From positions 1-49,418 of the forward strand of contig JAZQJN010000012.1 of the NCBI GenBank assembly GCA_045541655.1: a stretch of DNA of 49,418 nt, given 5' to 3'. Position 1 is the stretch's first letter. Every line of letters begins with the position of its first letter. The notes under the pieces were generated by a model. That model made no database searches, was not told where the DNA came from, and saw only the letters and a program-made list of their open reading frames with translations. Source of the stretch: Acutalibacteraceae bacterium (GTDB taxonomy: Bacteria; Bacillota; Clostridia; Oscillospirales; Acutalibacteraceae). Shown one piece after another: positions 8,265 to 17,691 of this stretch. Made by a program: the position numbers and the translations under genes.

Positions 8265-8903
8265 ATGAAAGATATTAAAGCGATTTTTGCAAAAAATTTA
8301 ATAGAACTTCGCACCTCAAGTCAGATGACTCAACTTGAACTTGCAGAGAAACTTAACTATACCGACAAGGCGGTATCTAAATGGGAAAGGGGAGAGTCGG
8401 TTCCCGACATCACCGTTCTTATAAGTATATCGGAACTTTTCGGTGTTACCCTTGATTATCTTTTTAAGGAGGAACATACCCTCTCTGAAATTTTTCACTG
8501 CAAGAAAAAGGTGGGAAAATACAGCCACGGAGTTATTACCATACTATCGATTCTGGCGGTATGGTTTGTTGCGGTATTATCCTTTGTAATTATTGAACTT
8601 GTGGGCGGTACCGTTATTCCTACCTGGCTTTTGTTTATTTATGCTCTGCCCGCATCGGGAATAGTCTGGCTGGTGCTTAACAGCATTTGGTTTAACCGAA
8701 AACGTAATTATATGATAATATCCCTTTTAATGTGGAGCGGACTTTTATCATTGCATCTTTCCTTTTTAACCTTTGGAATGAACATCTGGAGAGTTTATCT
8801 TGTAGGTATTCCTGCTCAGTTGATAATTACACTATGGTCGGTGGTTAAGAAAAGACCGAAAGACAAATCTGAAAAACTTTTTAAAAAGCACAAACAGGAT
8901 TAA
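8265..8903 (+). CDS. XRE-family HTH protein with a C-terminal multi-TM domain
   Basis: N-terminal MTQLELAEKLNYTDKAVSKWERGESVPD, followed by 4-5 hydrophobic helices. Confidence 0.8.
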   Translation: MKDIKAIFAKNLIELRTSSQMTQLELAEKLNYTDKAVSKWERGESVPDITVLISISELFGVTLDYLFKEEHTLSEIFHCKKKVGKYSHGVITILSILAVWFVAVLSFVIIELVGGTVIPTWLLFIYALPASGIVWLVLNSIWFNRKRNYMIISLLMWSGLLSLHLSFLTFGMNIWRVYLVGIPAQLIITLWSVVKKRPKDKSEKLFKKHKQD

Positions 8904-8912
8904 TTATACATT

Positions 8913-8950
8913 AAAAAACCTCACTCTACTCACAGTAGAGTGAGGTTTTT
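8913..8950 (+). terminator. Rho-independent terminator
   Basis: 13-bp stem ACCTCACTCTACT / AGTAGAGTGAGGT followed by T5. Confidence 0.8.
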
Positions 8951-9081
8951 GCAACTCTACCAAGGCAGAATTTAGTGTATAGTTGTAAAATGCAAAGGTA
9001 GATTGATTTGTTTAATATCATGGCATATAATTCCTTGTGTTGGCAAAAGATGCCGATAATTCTTGATTGGAGTTATATATT

Positions 9082-9972
9082 ATGAAATACGATTTTATTC
9101 TTTCCTGTGAATCCACCGTTGACCTGCCCTATGAATATATCAGTGGCAGAGATATCTCGGTAATTTTTTATAACTACGTTATCGACAACGAGGAATATGT
9201 AGATGATATGGGCAGAGACCCCGAAGCCCTCAATAAATTCTACGCTATGATTAAGGCGGGAAGTTTACCTTCCACATCCCAAATCAACACCTTCAGTTAT
9301 GAGGAATATTTTGATGAACTGCTCAAGAAGGGTGACGTTCTTCACATTGCCTTTGGTACGGGAATGACCCCCTCCTACAACAATGCCGTTGAAGCGGCAG
9401 AAAGGTTGAGAGAAAAATATCCTGAAAGAAAACTTATTGTTATAGACTCTCTTTGCAGTTGTGTTGGATACGGAATCTTTGTAGATAGTACCGCCGATAT
9501 GCGTGATAATGGTGCATCTATGGAGGAAATTGAAAAGTGGATTTACGATAACCGTTATAACGTTCAGCATCAATTTTTCTCCACCGACGTTACTATGTTC
9601 AAGCGTAGCGGTCGTGTATCGGGCCCCATTGGAACCATAGCATCCGTTCTTGGAATATGCCCTATTATGCGACTGAATAAGGCGGGGCAAATCATTAACT
9701 ATGCAAAGGCACGAAGCAAAAAAGTCGCCATTAAGATGACCGTTGAAGAGGTAATGGCTCATATTCGTGACGGCAAAAATTACAACGATAAATTCTACAT
9801 CGGACATTCAAACTGTCTTGAATTGGCTGAAGAAACCCGCCGTGCATTTCTTCCCTATTTCCCCGATGCCGAGGAGAAAATTAAGATAACAAATATCGGT
9901 ACAATTATTGCATCCCATTGCGGAGAAGGCACCGTTGCTATCTTCTTCTATGGCGATGAAAGAATAGACTAA
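9082..9972 (+). CDS. DegV-family fatty-acid-binding protein
   Basis: The length and the N-terminal ILSCESTVDLP..., PSTSQIN and GTIIASHCGEG segments are typical of DegV. A GGAG RBS precedes the ATG at 9082. Confidence 0.8.
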   Translation: MKYDFILSCESTVDLPYEYISGRDISVIFYNYVIDNEEYVDDMGRDPEALNKFYAMIKAGSLPSTSQINTFSYEEYFDELLKKGDVLHIAFGTGMTPSYNNAVEAAERLREKYPERKLIVIDSLCSCVGYGIFVDSTADMRDNGASMEEIEKWIYDNRYNVQHQFFSTDVTMFKRSGRVSGPIGTIASVLGICPIMRLNKAGQIINYAKARSKKVAIKMTVEEVMAHIRDGKNYNDKFYIGHSNCLELAEETRRAFLPYFPDAEEKIKITNIGTIIASHCGEGTVAIFFYGDERID

Positions 9973-10036
9973 ATATAGCAAAAAATATAATAATAGCACC
10001 CTGATTTTGGTCGGGGTCGTATCCCTAAAGGACAGT

Positions 10037-10069
10037 AAAAAACTGTGCAGATTATTTCTGCACAGTTTT
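10037..10069. terminator. Bidirectional terminator
   Basis: AAAACTGTGCAG-ATTATTT-CTGCACAGTTTT between convergent genes. Confidence 0.8.
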
Positions 10070-10078
10070 AATTTTATT

Positions 10079-11128
10079 CTATACCGTATGGGAATGTTCA
10101 TGGGACATTGATTTATGATTATGCCGGTGATTATCGGTATCCTCACCGTGAACGTGGATATGTGTATGGGTGTGTGTATGTTCGTGGGAATGAATAATAT
10201 CCCCGTGGGAATGCTCATGGGTATGGGTGTGGGAATGTTCGTGGGTGTGTTGTAGTTCGACGGTATCCTTAACCATAAAATAGGTGCTGATAATCATTAC
10301 AACCAAGGCGACATAGAACTGTATTGCAGGTCTTTCCCCCAAAAGCAGCATACCAAAAGCAACACCTAAAAAGGGTGCGATGGAATAATAGGCACTTGTT
10401 TTAGCCGCTCCCAAATCTTTTTGTGCCATAACGTAAAAATAGATACTCAATCCATACGCCACAAAACCCAGCAGTAATACACAGATAATCCAAAGAAGAG
10501 AGGGGATATTTTCACCCATTATCAAAGCCACAATCAGACTGCCAAGTCCTGAAAACGTACCCTTGATAACGACGATTTCAATAGCACCTTTGTTGCTTAT
10601 CTTACGGGTGCAGTTGTTCTCAATACCCCAGCACAGACACGCTCCGAAGACACACAAAGAACCAATATTAAAATCGAATGAGCCCACACCTTCAAAGGAG
10701 AGAATAACACTTGCGATTGTTACTAATATAATGGCAATCCATAGTCGTTTAGAGATAATCTCTTTAAAAACGAATAACGCAATAAGAGAGGTTGCAACTA
10801 TTTCGAAATTATTTATCAATGAAACGTTTGCTGCGTTAGAGGAAAGGATACCAAACATCAGAAGGATAGGTGCAATAATATCCAGCACCACCATAGCAAT
10901 AGTGTAGGGTAATTCCTTTTTGGATAGTTTTTCGGTGACAGATGTTTTATTGGTCAATTTTGAAATGATGCTATATATAAACATACCCAAACCTGCACCC
11001 AGATACAAAAATGCCGCCATCATTGTGGGATTAACATATCCCAACAATATTTTTGAAAACGGCACATTGATTGCATACAGTATAGCAGCAACAACGGCGT
11101 AAATCGTTGCAAGATTTTTTGTTTTCAT
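10079..11128 (-). CDS. DMT (EamA-type) transporter with a His-rich C-terminal tail
   Basis: About 10 TM helices in two EamA-like halves. The last ~55 aa are HTHEHSHTHTHEHSHGDIIHSHEHTHTHTHIHVHGEDTDNHRHNHKSMSHEHSHTV. Confidence 0.8.
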   Translation of the reverse strand: MKTKNLATIYAVVAAILYAINVPFSKILLGYVNPTMMAAFLYLGAGLGMFIYSIISKLTNKTSVTEKLSKKELPYTIAMVVLDIIAPILLMFGILSSNAANVSLINNFEIVATSLIALFVFKEIISKRLWIAIILVTIASVILSFEGVGSFDFNIGSLCVFGACLCWGIENNCTRKISNKGAIEIVVIKGTFSGLGSLIVALIMGENIPSLLWIICVLLLGFVAYGLSIYFYVMAQKDLGAAKTSAYYSIAPFLGVAFGMLLLGERPAIQFYVALVVMIISTYFMVKDTVELQHTHEHSHTHTHEHSHGDIIHSHEHTHTHTHIHVHGEDTDNHRHNHKSMSHEHSHTV

Positions 11129-11299
11129 TGATAGTTCCCTCATATTTTTTTACTTATTGAAAATTATTATACCATTTATATTTTAACAATTCAATAAACA
11201 TACAAAAACTTCTCTGCCGTATCTGAAAAGAAGTGATATCACTCGCCGTAAGGCGAATTAAACAGAGGCACACTCCCTTACAAAGTGTGCCTCTTGTGT

Positions 11300-12304
11300 C
11301 TATTCATCTATTGCCATAGTTGCTCTTGCATTAAGGGACTGGTCGGCGAAATTTCCCGAAAGGGATTCGTAATATCCCTGTACTGCCACCATTGCGGCAT
11401 TGTCTCCGCAGTATTTAAGAGAGGGTCGGTAAAATTCTATACCTCTTTTTTTACATTCACCCTCAAGTTGTCGGCGGAGCAGAGCGTTTGCCGATACTCC
11501 CCCCGCAAGGGCTAACTTTTTATATCCTAATTCGGTGGCCGCTTTAATTGCCTTTTCGGTTAAGATATCGCAAACGGTCTTTCTCACCGACGCGGCAAGG
11601 TCATCACGATTTAAGGTTTCACCCTTTTGTTTTGCGTTGTGAATGGTATTTATAACCGAGGTCTTTATTCCCGAAAAACTAAAATCGTAGGGGGTATCAA
11701 GTCGGGGCTTGGGAAATACAAATGCATCGGGATTTCCTGCACTTTCTGCAGATTTGTCAAGATGCACACCACCGGGATAAGGAAATCCCATAGCACGGGC
11801 GGTTTTGTCAAAACACTCACCGGCGGCATCATCCCTTGTATGACCTATCACCTTAAAATCGGTATAGTCCTTGACCTCCACGAGATGGGAATGTCCCCCC
11901 GATACCACAAGACACAAAAAGGGGGGCTCTAAATCGGGGAATGTTATATAGTTTGCGGCGATATGCGACCTTAAGTGATGAACGGGGATAAGGGGTTTAT
12001 TTATGGATAAACTAAGTCCCTTTGCAAAGTTTACTCCCACAAGCAAAGCACCGATAAGTCCGGGAGCATAGGTTACTGCCACGGCGTCGATATCGGCAAG
12101 GGATATGTTTGCATCTTTAAGGGCTTTATCCACCACGCCGCAAATGTTTTCGGTATGACAGCGGGAGGCAATTTCGGGGACAACTCCACCAAACTCCACG
12201 TGCTTTTCAATTTGAGAATTTATCACCGAGGATAATACCTCTCTCCCCTGACAAACCGAGGCGGCGGTATCGTCGCAGGATGATTCTATTGCTAATATCT
12301 TCAT
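11300..12304 (-). CDS. tsaD: tRNA N6-adenosine threonylcarbamoyltransferase
   Basis: MKILAIESSCDDTAASV, HHLRSHI and GGVSAN motifs. 334 aa. Confidence 0.93.
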   Translation of the reverse strand: MKILAIESSCDDTAASVCQGREVLSSVINSQIEKHVEFGGVVPEIASRCHTENICGVVDKALKDANISLADIDAVAVTYAPGLIGALLVGVNFAKGLSLSINKPLIPVHHLRSHIAANYITFPDLEPPFLCLVVSGGHSHLVEVKDYTDFKVIGHTRDDAAGECFDKTARAMGFPYPGGVHLDKSAESAGNPDAFVFPKPRLDTPYDFSFSGIKTSVINTIHNAKQKGETLNRDDLAASVRKTVCDILTEKAIKAATELGYKKLALAGGVSANALLRRQLEGECKKRGIEFYRPSLKYCGDNAAMVAVQGYYESLSGNFADQSLNARATMAIDE

Positions 12305-12313
12305 AAAATTTCC

Positions 12314-13903
12314 TTAGTTTCTACCTAATCTGTTGTTGGCTTTTTGAGCCGCTTTTGCAAGGGCATCGGATACAGGGACATTATCGTTAATAACCGATAA
12401 AACTGCATCGGCAATATATTCTTTAATGATATACATACCGACTGCCGAGGGGACACATTCAGCATTCTCTAAAGTGTCAATAAACACATTCATATTATCG
12501 TTTTTGAAGGAGTCGCTTTTTTGGGCGGTTTTAAGGGCGGGAAGTTTGGAATTACGGATGCAATAGTTTGTTTGATATGCTTCATCGGCACAGTAGTAGG
12601 TAATAAAATCATAAGCGGCCTGGGCCTTTACAATATCATTATTATTAACAATGCTATATCCGTTCACCTTGAAGGTGGTAGGGTTAAAACCGTTGGTTAC
12701 AGAGGGATATGCCGCCGCCGCAAAGTTTGCTTTTGCACCGTTGCCGAAAGTGCCGTTGTATCGGTTGGAAGACACCTCAAAAAATGCGGTTTTGCCCGAA
12801 TAGAACTCATTTTGAGTCCATTTTGCAGAGGCGTAATTATTTTTATAAAGGTCGGCAATAAGGGTAAGAGCACGTTCACCCATGGGACTGTTAAACTGCA
12901 CCGATTTCATATCTTCGGAGAAAAGAGTGCCCCCCGAACGATAAAGCCAAGAGATAAAGGTATCGGCAACGGCCTGCTTATCCTTTGCATCAAAGAGACC
13001 GATAGGTGCGTTTTTATCGGAATAGTTTTCGATTATCTTTTTTGCATCCTCTAAAAGTTCATCATAGGTTTCGGGAGCATTTTTTATTTTGGCAAAGTTA
13101 AAGATATCTAAATTATAGGCAAGACAGGAGGTTTCGGCATCAAGAGGGATACCATAAACCTCAATTTCATTGGTCATCGCTTTGTAAAGATTGGAAGCAA
13201 AATCACTCTGAAGTTCCCAAACTCCGTAGTTAGATAAATCTACGAGTAAATCGGATTTGGATGCTAAATACATATCTCCGCTGGTGAGATAAACGATATC
13301 AGGGGCTTGTCCCTTTGCTATGGCCTGTTTTAGTTTACCAAGGATATTTCCCTCAGGAATGGTTTCGATTTTGACTTGATATACAAGGGATGATTTATTG
13401 TAGGCGTTTACCGCATCTTCAAGAGTCTGGTCATTTTTATTTCCCCAAACAGTAACGGTGATTGTTTCATCATTGGTGGAGACGGTTGAGGATGAATCTT
13501 TACTTTGGGTATCGGATACAACCTTTTCTTCAGAAAAAACAAAGGTCGCAAGAAGGGTGCCTTTGGCATCGTATTTTTTCACCACCATTTTGGAATCCAA
13601 AACGGTTTTATAATCGGAGATTTCCTTTGAAAGGGAGTTGTCGGCAAAAAGTTTAATATACTCCCCTTGATTTGTGTCAAGGAAGAACTTGTCCTTCGCT
13701 TTAGTGCTTTCGAGATAATCCGAAAGGTCATTGAAATCATAAAGTCCAAGTTCTGCAAAATCAATGGTCAACACAACTTCCTGAAGGGAAGGCGTATCGG
13801 TTTTGGTTTCGGGGGATTCGGGATTTTTGCATCCCGCCAAGGATAAAAGGGATATAACCAAAACCAATGTGAGGGACAATATTTTATTCCTTTTTGAATA
13901 CAT
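12314..13903 (-). CDS. ABC-type extracellular solute-binding lipoprotein (orphan)
   Basis: Lipobox LSLAGC appears after the ATG at 13903 (RBS GAAAGG). The C-terminal ~380 aa look like a family-1 sugar-type SBP, and a ~150-aa N-terminal extension precedes them. Confidence 0.75.
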   Translation of the reverse strand: MYSKRNKILSLTLVLVISLLSLAGCKNPESPETKTDTPSLQEVVLTIDFAELGLYDFNDLSDYLESTKAKDKFFLDTNQGEYIKLFADNSLSKEISDYKTVLDSKMVVKKYDAKGTLLATFVFSEEKVVSDTQSKDSSSTVSTNDETITVTVWGNKNDQTLEDAVNAYNKSSLVYQVKIETIPEGNILGKLKQAIAKGQAPDIVYLTSGDMYLASKSDLLVDLSNYGVWELQSDFASNLYKAMTNEIEVYGIPLDAETSCLAYNLDIFNFAKIKNAPETYDELLEDAKKIIENYSDKNAPIGLFDAKDKQAVADTFISWLYRSGGTLFSEDMKSVQFNSPMGERALTLIADLYKNNYASAKWTQNEFYSGKTAFFEVSSNRYNGTFGNGAKANFAAAAYPSVTNGFNPTTFKVNGYSIVNNNDIVKAQAAYDFITYYCADEAYQTNYCIRNSKLPALKTAQKSDSFKNDNMNVFIDTLENAECVPSAVGMYIIKEYIADAVLSVINDNVPVSDALAKAAQKANNRLGRN

Positions 13904-13937
13904 ATTAAGCATCCTTTCAAGGGAAAAGTAATAAATA

Positions 13938-14279
13938 ATGAGTGGGTCTGTAAGCCGGGTTCTGTTCGGTAAAACCGTGGCGGTCATCTATCTCGACGGC
14001 GGGTTGCCCCGACCGCTCAAGCCATCCTTTGAAACACATCGAGCAGATGTATAGTTTCGGTCGATGTTGCACCGGATAGGGTTTACATGGCTGCGAAGTC
14101 TCCATCGCACCGGTGAGCTCTTACCTCGCCTTTCCACCCTTACCGTATAAACGGCGGTATATCTCTGTTGCACTTGCCCTAAGGTCGCCCTCGGCGGCGG
14201 TTAGCCGTTATCCTGCTCTGCGGTGCCCGGACTTTCCTCATACAAATTAATTGTACGCGACCGTCCAACCCACTCACTC
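13938..14279 (-). ncRNA. rnpB: RNase P RNA (bacterial)
   Basis: The minus strand reads ...GAGGAAAGTCCGGGC... (P4 5' strand) and ...ACAGAACCCGGCTTAC... (P4 3' strand). P1 pairs GAGTGGGT with ACCCACTC. Ends are approximate. Confidence 0.9.
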
Positions 14280-14387
14280 ACCCTACATAATAACTCAAAT
14301 ATACAGAAAAGTCAAGGTAAGGGTTTACAACCCACCTTTTGTTTGGTATTATAATAGGGTGAATTTTTACTGTAAGGGTGTATTTAT

Positions 14388-15110
14388 ATGAATATTGTAA
14401 TTATCCGACACGCCGATCCTGACTATTCTATCGATTCTTTGACACCTCAAGGCAGAATAGAGGCGGAACTTTTATCGAGAAGAATATCCAAAATGGATAT
14501 TAGTAATATCTATTGTTCACCCCTCGGCAGAGCGAGAGCAACCGCACAGCCCACCCTTGAGAAGATGGGTAGGGAGGCGGAAATCCTTGATTGGCTCAGG
14601 GAATTTCCTGCTGAAGTCGTAGAGGAATCAGGGGAGAAAGATGTGGTATGGGACAGAATGCCCGCTGTGTGGACAAAATATCCCGAAAGTTACACAAAGG
14701 ACGGATGGTATAATACCCCCGTTTATGAAGATACCGACGTAAAGAAATGTTACGATATCGTGTGCAAAGGTTTTGATGAACTCCTTGAAAAACACGGATA
14801 CAAAAAGGAAAAGGGATATTACAGAGCGGTATCTCCGAACAGAGATACCATAGTGCTTTTTTGTCATTTTGGGGTGGAGTGTGTGCTTTTATCCCGCCTC
14901 TGGAACATATCCCCAATGATACCTTGGCACGGAATGGTGTGTCTGCCCACAGGGGTAACGGTGCTTACCACCGAGGAACGAGAGGAAGGTATTGCATATT
15001 TCAGATGCAGTCGATTTGGAGATTTATCCCATTTGGATAAAGAGGGTGTGCCTCCCTCATTTTCCGCCCGATTCTGCGAAACCTATGATAACTTCGATGA
15101 AAGACACTAA
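14388..15110 (+). CDS. Histidine phosphatase (phosphoglycerate mutase-like) family protein
   Basis: N-terminal IIRHADPDY (RHG-type motif) and a later CHFG segment. Confidence 0.8.
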   Translation: MNIVIIRHADPDYSIDSLTPQGRIEAELLSRRISKMDISNIYCSPLGRARATAQPTLEKMGREAEILDWLREFPAEVVEESGEKDVVWDRMPAVWTKYPESYTKDGWYNTPVYEDTDVKKCYDIVCKGFDELLEKHGYKKEKGYYRAVSPNRDTIVLFCHFGVECVLLSRLWNISPMIPWHGMVCLPTGVTVLTTEEREEGIAYFRCSRFGDLSHLDKEGVPPSFSARFCETYDNFDERH

Positions 15111-15179
15111 AAAAACAAATAACTTTTCGCCAAAAAACACTTGAAAATTCAACTGAATTGTGATATTATTCATTGGCAC

Positions 15180-15263
15180 GCGGGCGTGGCGGAATTGGCA
15201 GACGCGCTAGACTTAGGATCTAGTGTCAACGACGTGGGGGTTCAAGTCCCTTCGCCCGCACCA
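15180..15263 (+). tRNA. tRNA-Leu (anticodon UAG), CCA encoded
   Basis: Acceptor stem GCGGGCG/CGCCCGC, anticodon loop CTTAGGA, a long variable arm and T-loop TTCAAGT. Confidence 0.92.
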
Positions 15264-15306
15264 AAAGGACAAACCTGTTTTTTAAGACATGGTTTGTCCT
15301 TTTTTC
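15264..15306 (+). terminator. Terminator after tRNA-Leu
   Basis: AAGGACAAACC / GGTTTGTCCTT stem followed by T5. Confidence 0.7.
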
Positions 15307-15464
15307 TTATAAAAATATCTAAAAATCTATTAGAAACCAGCTATTTCATTGCAAAATAGCTGGCTTTTTGTATATAAAGCGTTTTTTAATACACGCATTT
15401 GTGGATTTGCATTATTAAACGCTATTTTAAAATCCACGAATACAAATATTAAGGAGATGATTAT

Positions 15465-16067
15465 ATGAAAACTATCTTTGGATTTATTAAAAACGAGGAT
15501 GGAATAAGCGTAAATAAAGAAGCAGTTAATACAATTAATTTGATTGCTGAACTATATTTACAAGGATTTAGCTTAGGTTCAATTTCAAACACACTTGAGG
15601 ATAAAGGATATTTATCTCCGTCAGGCAAAACAAAATGGTCACGGTCAGTTATTGACTCTATACTATCTAATTCTTCTTATGTTCCGTGTATACTATCAGA
15701 AGAATTATTTTATGAGATACAGTTTGTGAAAGAAAAGCGCAGTAATAAAAATAGCGATAATTCTCGCAAGGCCACAAGGTATAATTCAAAAAATGTACTT
15801 AGCGGTCTTTTGTTTTGTGAAGAATGTGGCGCCTCTTACCGTAGAATAACTAAATCTACTGGTGAAGTTGTCTGGAGATGTGCAAACCGTGTGGAAAGCG
15901 GCAAACGTTTTTGCCATAGTGCGCCAACAATATCAGAAGAAATAATCAAATCGCAAATAATAAGGGCATGTTCCCTTATTATTTGGGATGAGTGCATTGT
16001 TCGGGAAAAAATTGAGCGAATTAATGTTACATCAAATCATAATTTAATCATATTTAATCACACTTAA
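15465..16067 (+). pseudogene. Large serine recombinase remnant (recombinase and zinc-ribbon domains only)
   Basis: LIAELYLQGFSLGSISNTLEDKGY and FCEECGASYRRITKSTGEVVWRC are typical of the middle and zinc-ribbon region. The ~150-aa N-terminal resolvase catalytic domain is absent. Confidence 0.7.
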
Positions 16068-16131
16068 ATCCCTTCCTATTGTAATCCAATTCGGTATATA
16101 GTATAATGTCCGTATAAGTGGATTAGAAAGG

Positions 16132-16770
16132 ATGCGCATTATGAAAGAGTTTGATTCTCGATTAGAAGCTGTATGGACTTATGTAATATCAAAAGAAAAA
16201 CTATTTAAGCGTTTGGTTGAACAAGGAATTTTTGATAAGGAGACAACAGATGAAATACTTGAACATATGTATTCTCAATTTAATTTAGATTATAATCCAA
16301 ACTTTGTTCCTTCTCCAGTGGGAGAAGTTATGTACGCAGCGAAGGTAGATGTGCCGCGAGCTTGTGTCTCTCTTACAGACATCGCAAGAGCAAAAACCGA
16401 TAAGAATCCCGGATATTTAATACAATCGTGGTTACGTAGCGATAATACTATTGAATTTTTACGTGCTTGGGAATTAAAAAACAATAAAAAATTTGATAAT
16501 GATGAATGCGAAAAACTTTTATCAGAAATAAAGCAAAATGGTTCCACACTAACTCCTAAGTTGTGGTCTGAGCGAACTAATGCAACAGGTCTTATCTCCA
16601 CTAAAGGTAAAGGCGGCGGAACAAAAGCAGATACGGATATCGCTTTAGCTTTTCGAGCGTGGTTAAATCCGGATATTATGTTAGAAATGATATCCCGTTT
16701 TAAATACTATGAAATTCAGTTTAATAAAAAAGATCCAACTATCATTTGTCAAGAGAACATCAATCCGTAA
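16132..16770 (+). CDS. KilA-N domain-containing protein
   Basis: SLTDIARAK...IQSWLRSDNTIEFLRAWELKNN...TLTPKLWSERTNATGLISTKGKGGGT...DIALAFRAWLNP matches the KilA-N pattern. Confidence 0.7.
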   Translation: MRIMKEFDSRLEAVWTYVISKEKLFKRLVEQGIFDKETTDEILEHMYSQFNLDYNPNFVPSPVGEVMYAAKVDVPRACVSLTDIARAKTDKNPGYLIQSWLRSDNTIEFLRAWELKNNKKFDNDECEKLLSEIKQNGSTLTPKLWSERTNATGLISTKGKGGGTKADTDIALAFRAWLNPDIMLEMISRFKYYEIQFNKKDPTIICQENINP

Positions 16771-16779
16771 ATATGATAT

Positions 16780-17661
16780 ATGTATTATAAAAAAACTCAA
16801 AAGATAGAAGCATCATTAACAGTTATATCTTTGTACGGTAAAATCAAATGTGGTATGTGTGGAGAAATTTGTTGCGCAACTTGTAACAATAATGGTGAAA
16901 TTTTTTGGTATTGCTCATGTTGCATAAAAGATGGATTGTTAGTCAATCAAAAGGAATTAGCAATAAAGTTGCAGGATGTTACAAATATAACAGATATATA
17001 TTTTGATTTTCTATTTCTAATAGTGGAGAAGGTAATCATTTACAAAGATAATATTGACATTGTTTTAAAGAAAATAGATTCTAGTCAAAAAGCTCTATTG
17101 TTACATCTACAAGATCATTGGTTAGTATATCACAGTATGAGAGGTGACCTAATAGCCAAAGAAACTATTTATAATCAATATTCTTCCTTTTTGGCTGCTA
17201 AACTTAGATATTTAAAAAGTCGTTCAAATCTTAATGATATGGACATTGAAGATTTATCTCAAACTATTTGGTTGCGAGTCTTTTCAAGACTTTCTAACTA
17301 TGATAGTAAATATAGACTCTTCACTTGGATTAATCAAATCCTAAGGTCTGAATTTTATCTAGCAATAAAAAGAAAACAAAAATATTTACTTTCAAACGAT
17401 TGTGTAAGATTAACACTTGATACTAACCAATACAACAAAAGAAATGATATTGATAATTGGATGGACAACGATTATGTAAGTGCGCTACTGTCAGTGCTAT
17501 CTGCGCGAGAACGTGAGATTGTTGTGCGATACTTGTTAAATAACGAAACACAAGTATCTATCTCAAAAGAACTTAAAATTTCGACTACTCGAACTAGTCA
17601 GATTTATTTACAAGCATTAAATAAAATTAGAGCTGAATTTGATGCTGAAACTAAAAAATGA
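16780..17661 (+). CDS. Sigma-70 (ECF-like) family sigma factor with an N-terminal extension derived from a serine-recombinase zinc ribbon
   Basis: Region 2 (EDLSQTIWLRVF...FTWINQILRSEF) and region 4 HTH (LSAREREIVVRYLL...ISKELKISTTRTSQIYLQALNKIR) are present. N-terminal CGMCG-x10-GEIFWYC parallels CEECG-x11-GEVVWRC of the upstream remnant. There is no clear RBS at 16780. Confidence 0.65.
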   Translation: MYYKKTQKIEASLTVISLYGKIKCGMCGEICCATCNNNGEIFWYCSCCIKDGLLVNQKELAIKLQDVTNITDIYFDFLFLIVEKVIIYKDNIDIVLKKIDSSQKALLLHLQDHWLVYHSMRGDLIAKETIYNQYSSFLAAKLRYLKSRSNLNDMDIEDLSQTIWLRVFSRLSNYDSKYRLFTWINQILRSEFYLAIKRKQKYLLSNDCVRLTLDTNQYNKRNDIDNWMDNDYVSALLSVLSAREREIVVRYLLNNETQVSISKELKISTTRTSQIYLQALNKIRAEFDAETKK

Positions 17662-17691
17662 TTAAATTAATGTTTTGAAAGGAACATTGGT

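Noticed and set aside
9265-10218. Minus-strand ORFs of 180 and 136 aa
   Set aside because: They are antisense to DegV and overlap the DMT gene's His-tail repeat out of frame. They have no RBS or motifs.
10079-10260. CAC/CAT-rich DNA repeat as a non-coding microsatellite
   Set aside because: It is in frame with, and forms the 3' end of, the DMT transporter ORF. It is interpreted as a coding His-rich tail.
13917-14173. Two ~60-aa minus-strand ORFs
   Set aside because: They lie inside the RNase P RNA gene (conserved P4 motifs are present), so they are not coding.
15141-15359. 72-aa plus-strand ORF
   Set aside because: It is fully explained by tRNA-Leu (15180-15263) and its terminator, so the ORF is a read-through artefact.
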